From Minisyncoccota bacterium (lineage in GTDB: Bacteria > Patescibacteriota > Minisyncoccia > Phycocordibacterales > BOKC01), in the NCBI GenBank assembly GCA_030583745.1, contig CP129473.1, positions 508,783-550,210 of the forward strand: a stretch of DNA of 41,428 nucleotides, written 5' to 3'. Position numbers and translations under genes: made by a program. Below are positions 23,850 through 32,398 of this stretch, one piece after another (position 1 is the first letter of the stretch; the number at the start of each line of letters is the position of its first letter). The notes beneath the pieces were generated by a model. The model saw only the letters and a program-made list of their open reading frames with translations. It was not told the origin of the DNA and did not search any database.

Positions 23850-24324
23850 AGAACAAGGTGAGAGCTTGGCCTATTGTTTAGAGGTTAAAGGTGTAATTGA
23901 AGAGATGCTTTGTCGAATGAGAGTTGATTACGATGAAATAGAGGTTTTCAAGGGTCTTTCTGATTCAGGCCCGAAGTTTGTGGTTAAAAGTCAGGAGTCT
24001 GGAATTTTAATTGGTCACCATGGTGAGAATTTGCGTGCCTTCAGTCACTTGGTTAGAAGGATAATTTTCCAACGAAAAAATGGTGTTACCAGATTTACTC
24101 TTGATATAAATAATTATCAAGAAGAGTCAGCAAAGAAAATAAGAAATAAAGTTATTTTCGTGGCAGATGAGGTAAAGAAAAGTAAAAAACCTGTTGAGCT
24201 TGAACCGATGTCGGCTTATGAAAGAATGATAATCCACTCCTTGTTTTCTTCCGACCCGGAAATTCAGACAGAATCAATTGGTGAAAAATCGGAAAGGCGG
24301 GTTGTTATTCGACCCAAGACTTAA
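23827..24324 (+). CDS. jag: Jag/KhpB-like RNA-binding protein (KH + R3H)
   Basis: It overlaps the yidC end. The C-terminal R3H-like segment is LEPMSAYERMIIHSLF. Confidence 0.75.
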   Translation: MEINKNNEEQGESLAYCLEVKGVIEEMLCRMRVDYDEIEVFKGLSDSGPKFVVKSQESGILIGHHGENLRAFSHLVRRIIFQRKNGVTRFTLDINNYQEESAKKIRNKVIFVADEVKKSKKPVELEPMSAYERMIIHSLFSSDPEIQTESIGEKSERRVVIRPKT

Positions 24325-24341
24325 GTTTAAACAATCAACTT

Positions 24342-25868
24342 TTAGTTTAATTTGTAGGCCCAAAGAGAGTGGTCTTTTTTGTTAATGAAGAACAAGAATT
24401 CTTCATTGTCATCCATCAGTAGATTGGTTGCGTCTGCGTCTTCTAATAAAAACATTGGGTATACATTATTTTTTTCCAAATTTATTTCCCACAAAGCGTC
24501 TTCAAAAGAAACTAATCCTTGGAGCCAGCTGTCGGGGTAAATGGCTCCCGTCGGAACTGACTCCGGGGTGGCGCAATAAATTAAGTTTTCATTTTTCTTG
24601 CTCCAGACACATTTTTCGGTGAAAGTTTCAAGGAAATTCAAATCTGGTCGCTCTTTGTTTTCTAGGTCGAGAACTCTTAGGAAGATTTTGGCGTTATCAA
24701 ATCCGGAATAAAGAAATCGGTCTCCGTTGGGGCTTGCCAGAACCGACAAGCCGAAAACTTCACTAAGAATTTTTCTTAGACCACCGTTCGTGTTTAAAAC
24801 ATACGCACTACCCGGGAAGATAAAAGACGGTTTAGTTGTAAGAAGTATTTCATTTTCGGAAATCGCTTCAGCCGACCATTCTTTTGCTGGAGACTCAAAG
24901 ACTTGTTCTCTCTCGGTTCCGTTTGGGTTAGAAATAAAACCAACAGACCCCTCGCTGTCTTCCAAAATATAGAAAATTTTATTTGATTCGGGTAAATATG
25001 TAAGATTTTTTATGTCTGTCGGCAGGAAGGTCAAAGAGGTTTTGTAAAGACCTTCCCCCTCTTCTTCAACCACAATCGGCTTTTTGGCACCAGTTATTTC
25101 GTTTAATTTTTCTCTAGTCCTCTCATCGACAACTCCGTTTGACTCTTCTATGGTTGCATATTTTTCTTGAAATCTTTCAACCGCGGCTTTGGTGGCCGGA
25201 CCGAAAATTGAGGTTTCTAATCCAGGACTGCCACTACCGGAGACCGCGACTCTGGTATCTGGGTCTTGGTTTAAAACTCTTTGCAAGTTCAATACCGCCA
25301 CTCCAGTGCTCCCCTGTTGTAGTTCGGTTGTGAATTCGTAGCCGGAAATAATTCCGCCGATTTCAGACTCGGGACTTAGAATTTGCAAAGCGACACTCTC
25401 TATTGTTTCCCGGTCTTCTTTTAAAAATCTTAAAATGGCGGTGTCTGTGCCGGCCCAGACAGCTTCTTGGATTTTTGGCAAGGTGGTGTTGGAAATTCTA
25501 ATCAAATTAGCGGAATAAGAGCCTGTTTCCCAAATATGGCCGGTGGCGCGGTCTATAAATCTAACAAAAATTTCTCCATTTTGACTGAAAACATTAAATC
25601 CGGCGATTGGGTTTTGAGAAATTTTAGATAGTGGTGAGTTAAAAATTTGTTCTGTGGGGCTGAATTCATTTTCTCCAACCTCTTCCTGGGTCGGAGTAAC
25701 TGGTCTTAAAGTCGGCGTTTCGGAAGTTCGGCCAAAAGGAAAGAAGTCGCGGATGCTCAATCCCGAATTTTCTTCTCCCGGCGCTTGGCGAGTAGCAAGA
25801 ATAAAGAAAGTAAGCGCCAAAACGGCAACAACTATCAGGATAATTAAAATTACTTTCTTTTTTTTCAT
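24342..25868 (-). CDS. Exported protein with a peptidoglycan-binding (PG_binding_1-like) domain and a beta-propeller-like C-terminal half; last gene of the T4SS-like operon
   Basis: GSTGVAVLNLQRVLNQ...IFGPATKAAVERFQEKY matches the PG_binding_1 pattern. There is an N-terminal TM/signal anchor. The start is placed at MKKKKVILI (25868) rather than the ORF-track 25907. Confidence 0.7.
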   Translation of the reverse strand: MKKKKVILIILIVVAVLALTFFILATRQAPGEENSGLSIRDFFPFGRTSETPTLRPVTPTQEEVGENEFSPTEQIFNSPLSKISQNPIAGFNVFSQNGEIFVRFIDRATGHIWETGSYSANLIRISNTTLPKIQEAVWAGTDTAILRFLKEDRETIESVALQILSPESEIGGIISGYEFTTELQQGSTGVAVLNLQRVLNQDPDTRVAVSGSGSPGLETSIFGPATKAAVERFQEKYATIEESNGVVDERTREKLNEITGAKKPIVVEEEGEGLYKTSLTFLPTDIKNLTYLPESNKIFYILEDSEGSVGFISNPNGTEREQVFESPAKEWSAEAISENEILLTTKPSFIFPGSAYVLNTNGGLRKILSEVFGLSVLASPNGDRFLYSGFDNAKIFLRVLDLENKERPDLNFLETFTEKCVWSKKNENLIYCATPESVPTGAIYPDSWLQGLVSFEDALWEINLEKNNVYPMFLLEDADATNLLMDDNEEFLFFINKKDHSLWAYKLN

Positions 25869-25875
25869 ATTTATA

Positions 25876-26565
25876 TTAATCCGGAACGCGCTCACAGACA
25901 TAAGCAATGCATTTAGGTGGTCCGGCGTATATTGGCCATTGATTGTCTCTTATTTTATCCCAGCACTTCTTACTTGATTCAAACGTATCCTCAAACGGTC
26001 CGAAACTTGTCCTCTTTCCACCACAGTTTCTTGTTCCCGGAATTCGTGTGTCTATTCTAAATATCCTATAATTTCCCGGCGGGTCACCAGTGTCTTTTAA
26101 GACATCATTTACTCCACCCACAATTGGATCTTCTAATGGAGGTGGTGGTAGCAGCTCTTCCTCTTCTTGTACGCTTTCTGGTTTTGTTATGTTCAATTTG
26201 AGGGAAAGTAGGTCTGGATTAATGGTATAGAGGATAATCCAAGCGGCGATAGCCAAGAAAAGTCCGATTAGCGCCTTGCTGATTTTTTCTTTACCGTCTT
26301 CTTTACCAGAAAAAGAACCAGAGGTTATGTATTGTATCCCACCAATCATTATAACGAGAACCGCCAAAACGCCGGTAATTCCAATTGCCAAGGCAAAAGC
26401 CCCACTTAAATAATTAGCCAGAACAACCGGCTCATTGTTGGGTGTAACGCCAGGGATTGGCGCTAGTGGAACGTACCCGGTATCTTGCGCTGTGGCGAAT
26501 AAAGGCAGAGCGCTTAAAACAGAAAGAACGAGTATTAGAATTATCAGATTTTTATTTTTCTTCAT
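25876..26565 (-). CDS. T4SS pilin-like protein (VirB2/TrbC-type, PF18895-like) with an extra Cys-rich C-terminal domain
   Basis: It has a signal peptide and LAPIPGV. Two TM helices flank GGIQYITS...GKEKISKALIGLFLAIAAWIILYTINPDL. These are followed by a PPPP linker and a ~90-aa domain with 5 Cys. Confidence 0.7.
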   Translation of the reverse strand: MKKNKNLIILILVLSVLSALPLFATAQDTGYVPLAPIPGVTPNNEPVVLANYLSGAFALAIGITGVLAVLVIMIGGIQYITSGSFSGKEDGKEKISKALIGLFLAIAAWIILYTINPDLLSLKLNITKPESVQEEEELLPPPPLEDPIVGGVNDVLKDTGDPPGNYRIFRIDTRIPGTRNCGGKRTSFGPFEDTFESSKKCWDKIRDNQWPIYAGPPKCIAYVCERVPD

Positions 26566-26574
26566 ACTAAAAAA

Positions 26575-27576
26575 CTATTCGGTTAGATTTAAAATAATTT
26601 CTGATTGCCCAGTCTGCAGAAGTTTATTTTTATGTCTTACACTTAAAGAAATTTCAGCTTGGCCGGTAATTTGTCCTTCTTTTCGTAAAGTTAAAGAACT
26701 CCTGTTTCCGGCGGATTGCCCTGCTTGGCGCCAAGAATATTCCAAATCATTACTGTTCTTGAGCGATGCTGAAAAAAAATATGGCACAGCAGACAGAGTA
26801 ATTTCTCTATCTTTTAATTCAAAACCCAGAACCGCCCTGTTCAGCATAAGTCCGTATAGAGGACTGTCTTCATAAATTATAACCCGTGGGTTGGAGTTTA
26901 CGATCCTTGCGGATTTTTCAGCTCTGATTGAGCCGTCCGAATTTGAAACCTCGACCTTTATGTTTAAAGGTCTTGTTATCGGGCCGGTACTGATGGTGAT
27001 TTTATCTTTTCCTAATCCAGAATCTCTTTGCAATAAAGTGTTGTCTCTATACCATCGGAAAAATAAATTTTGAGGATTAATTCTTTGGCCACTACTGTTT
27101 AAAAATATGGGAAGAGCTGATATTGACACCTCACTTCTGTCGGTGAAAATTGCTCGACCTTTGTAAAACGGCGGGGTGTAGGTTTCGGCGTTCCAAATCA
27201 AATCAACTTCGGCCGATCTCATACTTACTTCCCTTCTGAACTCCTGTCCACTAAGAGTTGTTAATTCTAAGACAAGGCGGGTTAATTCTCCCAGCTGGCC
27301 TGATTCAAATTCAAATTCCGTTTCGCCGATACCACTTTTTGCCAATTCGCCGTTCAGGAACCATGAAATGTTAGCTCGCTTTAAGTCTGTGAGATTCATC
27401 TCGACGCTGGCGAGCACTGTTTCCAATGGCGCTGGATTGGCTGGTTTTAGATTCAAAACAAGAAACTCATCAAGAATCGGCATTTGGGCACTTAAAAGTG
27501 ATGGCGAAAATAAGAAAATAAGAAATGTAAACAAGAAATAAGTTTTTTTTACGGTTTCGACTGTTTCAAATTTCAT
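26575..27576 (-). CDS. Exported protein with three tandem Ig-like repeats (unknown function)
   Basis: It has an N-terminal signal/anchor. A periodic pattern recurs around ISWFLNGE, FRWYRDNT and YSWRQAGQ. Confidence 0.55.
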   Translation of the reverse strand: MKFETVETVKKTYFLFTFLIFLFSPSLLSAQMPILDEFLVLNLKPANPAPLETVLASVEMNLTDLKRANISWFLNGELAKSGIGETEFEFESGQLGELTRLVLELTTLSGQEFRREVSMRSAEVDLIWNAETYTPPFYKGRAIFTDRSEVSISALPIFLNSSGQRINPQNLFFRWYRDNTLLQRDSGLGKDKITISTGPITRPLNIKVEVSNSDGSIRAEKSARIVNSNPRVIIYEDSPLYGLMLNRAVLGFELKDREITLSAVPYFFSASLKNSNDLEYSWRQAGQSAGNRSSLTLRKEGQITGQAEISLSVRHKNKLLQTGQSEIILNLTE

Positions 27577-27589
27577 ATGTTAAATTTTA

Positions 27590-27988
27590 TCATAATTTGG
27601 CGATCGAGCTCATTCCAGACTTACTCTTTTTAGTTGTCCAAATTGTTATAGCAACCGAGCCGGTTATAGCTGGTAACATGTTTACAAGTGGGATCAGGGA
27701 TATGACAAGACCACTTCCCATCGCGGCGATTCTTTTTCCAGTCATTAATTTCACTCCCTTCATCATAAACCACAGGAAAAACACAATATAAGCCATTCCA
27801 CCTATGACAATGCTTATGATCTGGCCGATGACGGGAATTAAATTGATTAAAAAAATAATTAGATCAAAAAACAATGCGGTGCCAATCATGAGATAAATTG
27901 AGCCAAGCCCAATTTTCTGGCTCTCGTCTTCCGAGCCCGAAACTGCTGTTGGTTTTTTAAGATTTGGCTTTGGTGTTTTGTCGGGCAT
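27590..27988 (-). CDS. Small polytopic membrane protein (132 aa)
   Basis: It has three hydrophobic segments and is tightly packed after virB4 (2-nt spacer). Confidence 0.6.
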   Translation of the reverse strand: MPDKTPKPNLKKPTAVSGSEDESQKIGLGSIYLMIGTALFFDLIIFLINLIPVIGQIISIVIGGMAYIVFFLWFMMKGVKLMTGKRIAAMGSGLVISLIPLVNMLPAITGSVAITIWTTKKSKSGMSSIAKL

Positions 27989-27990
27989 TT

Positions 27991-29823
27991 TTATTTTTCA
28001 CTCTCCTTCTCTTCCAATTCTTGCTTGGCTTTTTTGATGGCCAGAATTTGCGATGGGTCGGAAGTGATAATTTGGTCTTCGGTGTAAGAGGCGATGATTT
28101 TTATAGCTACGTGCTTTAGTCCGGCAAAGAAAATTCCCTCTCCGACACCAGATTCCAAAAGCAAAAACTTTTCTTCGTCGGTTAGATTAAAAACCTTCTG
28201 GAGCTTCTCTATAACCGTCGGCGATTGTTTTAACAAAATTTGAATTGAAGAATTGGTGATAATCGGTAAACCGTAAGGTGACCTTAAGAAGTCATCAACG
28301 TCTTGAGTGATTGTTGAAAGACCAAGATAGTATTTTCGGCCTCTTTTGGCTAAGCTCAAAAGGAATGAAGCGGTATCTTCAGACTTCATCATCCACCACG
28401 CTTCGTCAATGACCAATAACCGTTTCTTCAGCTCTTTTCTGATAGCGTTCCAAATGTAGTGCATTACGATGTACATAGCCACCGGCTTGAGCTCATCCTC
28501 CATATCTCTTAAGGAGAAGACCACAAATTTATTGTTGATATCTATATTGGTCGGCTGATTTATAAAACCAGACCAAGTACCAACTGTGTATTTGGTCAGT
28601 CTTTGGGCCAAAGATTCTGCGCCACTCATTCCCTTTAAAACCATTTCAAAATCTGAAAGCAATGGCGCTTCTACGTTTGAAAAATTGGATTCCGGTGTGA
28701 TGTCTCTTAAGGCGTAAGTTTCTGTGATGGCGCGGTCGATGATTGCGTCTTCTTCCGGTGTTAGACCGCCGAGCATCAGACGGAACAAGCCGACTAAATT
28801 TATAATGTGTGAACGCAGAACGTCGGCATTTGATTCATCCTCGCCGGCTATTGGCAGGTCAAAGGGGTTTATGTGGTGCTCGGAAGTTAAAGAAATTTTG
28901 AAATAGCGCCCTCCGATAGCGTCGGCCATGTATTCATATTCCCTCTCCGGATCAATAACCATAACATCGGCATCAAACATTAAAGTTCTTAAGATTTCCA
29001 ATTTTGTTGCGTAACTTTTGCCGGAACCGGATTTGGCAAAAACAACCGAGTTATAATTTTCCAGAGAAAATCTGTCAAAAAGAACCAAGCTTGAGTTGTG
29101 CCGGTTTATTCCGTAAAGAATTCCTCTGTCAGACGTTAAGTCAAAGGAAATAAAAGGAAAAACACTGGAGAGAGGTGAAGAGTTTAATTTTGAATGGACT
29201 TCTAAAAGGTCTGTGCCGATTGGGACAACGCTTTTGAAACCTTGTTCTTGCTGGAAGAGCGCGGGTTTGACATATACCAGTTGGGCTTCCAAAACTGATT
29301 TTATTTCTGTTTCTATTTTGTCTAACTCCTTCTCATTATCTGCATAGATTGAAATGTATAGTCCGACATCAAAAATTTTTTCTTGGGCCTGCTGAAGTTG
29401 GTCTCGAAGATTTTCCAAGTCTTGGTAGGCAGTATCAAGCATTGGGTCTCTAACCATTCCCTTTTCCTCTCGGCCATGTATCTGGCTTTGAACTTCGGCG
29501 ACTTTTTTTTGAAATTGTTTGAGGATTCTTGCGGTGTCTATTGGGTGAACAAAAATTGAAACATCGTAAATTTTATCCAGGTTTATAATCGGTGAAAACC
29601 AACCTTCCGCTAGGTATCTCGGGTAAGAAATTACAAAATATGTTCTGGCGATTTTATTGCCGAGATTCAGTTCTCGAGGACTGACTTTTAGAGCGCTTGG
29701 CGCGATGACGTCTTTAAGCTCCAAGACGCTCGCCTGGTAAAGCTCTTGGGGCAATTTTAAGATCTCCTCATCCCCACCTCCTTTCTCTTTGTTTTTCTTT
29801 TTAAATATGCTTAAAATTCCCAT
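27991..29823 (-). CDS. virB4: VirB4/TrsE-type T4SS ATPase
   Basis: Walker A is FAKSGSGKSYATK and Walker B is RLLVIDEAWWMM. The N-terminal domain pattern IAPSALKVSPRELNLGNKIARTYFVISYPRYLAEGW is typical of Gram-positive-type VirB4. Confidence 0.9.
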   Translation of the reverse strand: MGILSIFKKKNKEKGGGDEEILKLPQELYQASVLELKDVIAPSALKVSPRELNLGNKIARTYFVISYPRYLAEGWFSPIINLDKIYDVSIFVHPIDTARILKQFQKKVAEVQSQIHGREEKGMVRDPMLDTAYQDLENLRDQLQQAQEKIFDVGLYISIYADNEKELDKIETEIKSVLEAQLVYVKPALFQQEQGFKSVVPIGTDLLEVHSKLNSSPLSSVFPFISFDLTSDRGILYGINRHNSSLVLFDRFSLENYNSVVFAKSGSGKSYATKLEILRTLMFDADVMVIDPEREYEYMADAIGGRYFKISLTSEHHINPFDLPIAGEDESNADVLRSHIINLVGLFRLMLGGLTPEEDAIIDRAITETYALRDITPESNFSNVEAPLLSDFEMVLKGMSGAESLAQRLTKYTVGTWSGFINQPTNIDINNKFVVFSLRDMEDELKPVAMYIVMHYIWNAIRKELKKRLLVIDEAWWMMKSEDTASFLLSLAKRGRKYYLGLSTITQDVDDFLRSPYGLPIITNSSIQILLKQSPTVIEKLQKVFNLTDEEKFLLLESGVGEGIFFAGLKHVAIKIIASYTEDQIITSDPSQILAIKKAKQELEEKESEK

Positions 29824-29825
29824 TT

Positions 29826-30476
29826 TTATTCTTCAAGCTTAATAGCTTTTTCAAGCTCCCCAGGATTGAAAGTTTTGTAAAAGAGTTCAACAACTTCCTC
29901 TGTCCTTAAAACTACGGTTCTCAAACCAAAACTTATAAGACCTTGTTCTAAAACTGAAATTCTCTGCTCTAATTGAGTTAAGTTTTCTTCAAAAACATCA
30001 CCCTCACTTTCTTTCTTGTCTACGTTTTTTTCTTTTCTTCGAAAGTTGGCTAAAGAAATTCCGCCTCCTTTACCCCTTTTAATTATTGATGGGGTGTAAG
30101 GTATTACTATGAAAAAATGTTTTGTCATTATATTGGTGTTTTCGGTGAAAGCTTTTATAAAACCAATATATTCTCTGACCTGAATTTTCATCAAATCGCT
30201 TTTTTGTGCCTTCTCTCTTTCTTCTAAGAGAGCAAGGTATGGTCTAATGTCGAGCCGTCTTGATTGCACTACAATCTGTACCGAGAAATCTAAAGAGTTC
30301 AGAAGGTTTTGAAACTGAAAAATTATTGCTTTTCTTTCCTCCTCGGATTTTAAGGCAAAGTTTGTGGAAGAAACCATCAAAATCGCTCTCAAACTCCCAT
30401 CTTTTAGGGTTATGATTCCGTTCCTTATTTCTTTTATTGGAACAAACTCTTGTGTTGCTTTAGCAGAAATTGCCAT
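29826..30476 (-). CDS. Hypothetical protein resembling a stand-alone VirB4 N-terminal (non-ATPase) domain
   Basis: The pattern TQEFVPIKEIRNGIITLKDGSLRAILMVSSTNFALKSEEE parallels the opening of conjugative VirB4/TrsE proteins. No P-loop is present. Confidence 0.4.
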   Translation of the reverse strand: MAISAKATQEFVPIKEIRNGIITLKDGSLRAILMVSSTNFALKSEEERKAIIFQFQNLLNSLDFSVQIVVQSRRLDIRPYLALLEEREKAQKSDLMKIQVREYIGFIKAFTENTNIMTKHFFIVIPYTPSIIKRGKGGGISLANFRRKEKNVDKKESEGDVFEENLTQLEQRISVLEQGLISFGLRTVVLRTEEVVELFYKTFNPGELEKAIKLEE

Positions 30477-30539
30477 TTTATTAAAAATTATATTTCAGTT
30501 TTTTAACTGAAAGACCGTATAAAACATTCTATCATTTTT

Positions 30540-30992
30540 TTACCCGATTTTTTCTGACACCTTGCTGTCTTTGTATCTCCTGATTTCTTCTCCCTGTTCT
30601 TTCACATCTAATTTCCAAGTTAAGTCTTTGAGTTTTGAGCCGGTCAGTCGTGGAACAAACTCATCCGGCATTTTTTCTGTTTGTTTCGCATCTTTTATTA
30701 CTATCTCTTCTTTTTCTTCTTTTCTCCAAATATAAAGTTTGCCGGAGAGCAAGTATTTAAAAGCTGCCTCAAGAATTTCAATGAATGGTTTGTTATTGAT
30801 TTTCCAAAATGCCAACGCTAGACCCAAAGCACCAATTGGTAGGATAAGTAAAAGAGCTAAAAAACGCGGCAAGACATTATATAGCACGATTATAATTCCA
30901 GCTGTTCCGGCAAGATAAATAAACTGCTTTAAAGTAAAAGGGCCGATAATTTTGTCCTCTACTTCTATAAATTGTGGGACTTGAAAACGCAT
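30540..30992 (-). CDS. PrgI/VirB3-like small membrane protein
   Basis: The N-terminal VPQFIEVEDKIIGPFTLKQFIY is followed by two TM helices, matching PrgI-family architecture. It lies upstream of virB4. Confidence 0.6.
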   Translation of the reverse strand: MRFQVPQFIEVEDKIIGPFTLKQFIYLAGTAGIIIVLYNVLPRFLALLLILPIGALGLALAFWKINNKPFIEILEAAFKYLLSGKLYIWRKEEKEEIVIKDAKQTEKMPDEFVPRLTGSKLKDLTWKLDVKEQGEEIRRYKDSKVSEKIG

Positions 30993-30995
30993 AAG

Positions 30996-31008
30996 CTAGG
31001 GTTTAGGG
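30996..31008 (+). repeat. Short TAGGGT-repeat motif (copy E), inverted partner of 31375-31388
   Basis: ctagggtttaggg is the reverse complement of ccctaaaccctag. Compare ccctaaaccctaa at 58-70 and ccctagaccctaaa at 31375-31388. Confidence 0.6.
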
Positions 31009-31048
31009 AAGAAAGAAGTTTGTTTAACATCTTCATTACTTCCACTAA

Positions 31049-31358
31049 TTAATTATACACTTTTTCGGTTTCGTTTTTGTTAGCCAGTTTCAGGTCTATA
31101 ACTAATAAAAGTTGAGTTTCTAATTCTGCCCCAGAACCAAAAGCAACTCTTACGAATTGAATATATTCTTGTCTTGATTTCCTACTATAACCTTCTGCAA
31201 GCTTCTGCAAGGTTAGACGGAATGGAAACTGCCGACCGACGCATTTGTGAAACCAGCCCGTATAATTCCTCTCTTGGAAATTGTTTGGTCAGGTTATAGA
31301 CAGACTTAACAAGTTCGAAATTTTTTTGCCAAACAATCAGGTCTTTATAAGATTGCAT
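31049..31358 (-). pseudogene. Frameshifted four-helix-bundle protein gene (23S rRNA intervening-sequence protein / Avd family)
   Basis: Hand translation gives MQSYKDLIVWQKNFELVKSVYNLTKQFPREELYGLVSQMRRSAVSIPSNLAE, then a 10-nt near-perfect tandem duplication (tgcagaagct/tgcagaaggt, about 31190-31209) shifts the frame. Removing it restores ...AEGYSRKSRQEYIQFVRVAFGSGAELETQLLLV... through to a stop at 31049. Confidence 0.8.
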
Positions 31359-31360
31359 TT

Positions 31361-31388
31361 CCCTATTGGCTATACCCTAGACCCTAAA
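31361..31388 (-). repeat. TAGGGT-repeat/CCAAT motif copy D, abutting the pseudogene start and the stop of the 326-aa gene
   Basis: ccctattggctataccctagaccctaaa matches 46-69 (ccctattggctataccctaaaccctaa) at all but one position. Confidence 0.8.
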
Positions 31389-31390
31389 TC

Positions 31391-32371
31391 CTATTCGAGA
31401 GGTTCACGATACGGGTCGGTGCTGTGATATCTTTCTTTTCTGGATTTTTCTATTTCTTCTTGGCTTTTTGCAAACGATAAATCATTGTTGCCGGTCGGCA
31501 AATTTTCCGGAGCAGAAGGTCTTGGCTCTGGTCGGAAATCAGTTTGTCTTGATTCGCCTGTAATCTGCCGTTCAAATGCTGTTTTCTGTCCGTAAGCTGG
31601 TGGATGTTCTATTTCTTCCAAAATTCGGCTTTTGTCCAAATTCTCTTCATCATCTTCTTCCTCGTACTGATTTTCTATTTCTACACCCCCGACATTTCCT
31701 TTCCAGTCAAAGTCGTTTGCGCCTAAATCTTTTGCCGGTTCAATCCCATATCTTTTTGTATTGTTTATGGGTGGATTTTCTTTTATTGCCGAGTTAAAGA
31801 CCGGCGCTTTATCATTTTTTATTTCCGGCACTTTAGACAATTCCTCTCTGATTCTTTTTAAAGAGTCGTTTGGTTCTGGTTTTTTTACTGCTGTCTGGGG
31901 CGGTATATATGTTTCTGGCTCTCTTCGTGCCACTCTTTCAGATCTTTCGTTTAGGCCGGCGGATAAATTTGGAGTGTAATTTTTCTCTTGCGGTTTCTGG
32001 TTTTCTTTTTCGCCGAGACCAGTTTCCGTCATTCCTTTTTCGTTTTCTTCAATCGCTTCTTCTATAGCTTCCAAAGTTGTTTCCACCGGACGAAAAATGT
32101 TTTTATAGACATCGGTTGAAATCAAAGATGCTTGGCCAAAACTAATACCTAATTGTTTTTGAATGTTACCACCGTAGTCGCTTAAATTTTCTAAACCCAA
32201 AAGCACAAAGTAGGTTTCGTTTTTTAGCGCTTCCAGTTGGTCTTCACTTAAGCCGTTGGCGGTGGCGATTGCTCGGAACTTACCCCTCAATTCAGGGTTA
32301 GCGATTGTTTGTTTAAGGTCGTCAGGTAAGTTTTGATAATTTTCTTTTATTAATTGCTTTAAATCATCCAT
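31391..32371 (-). CDS. Hypothetical soluble protein (326 aa): helical N-terminal domain with an acidic/Pro-rich tail
   Basis: It is an ORF with operon context only. No TM segment and no recognised motif are present. Confidence 0.55.
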   Translation of the reverse strand: MDDLKQLIKENYQNLPDDLKQTIANPELRGKFRAIATANGLSEDQLEALKNETYFVLLGLENLSDYGGNIQKQLGISFGQASLISTDVYKNIFRPVETTLEAIEEAIEENEKGMTETGLGEKENQKPQEKNYTPNLSAGLNERSERVARREPETYIPPQTAVKKPEPNDSLKRIREELSKVPEIKNDKAPVFNSAIKENPPINNTKRYGIEPAKDLGANDFDWKGNVGGVEIENQYEEEDDEENLDKSRILEEIEHPPAYGQKTAFERQITGESRQTDFRPEPRPSAPENLPTGNNDLSFAKSQEEIEKSRKERYHSTDPYREPLE

Positions 32372-32398
32372 TTTATTTTTTATTTTTAATCAACAAAT

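Noticed and set aside
31049-31358. Diversity-generating retroelement (the four-helix-bundle protein being Avd-like)
   Set aside because: No reverse transcriptase ORF and no template/variable repeat pair are visible in the window, and the gene itself is frameshifted.
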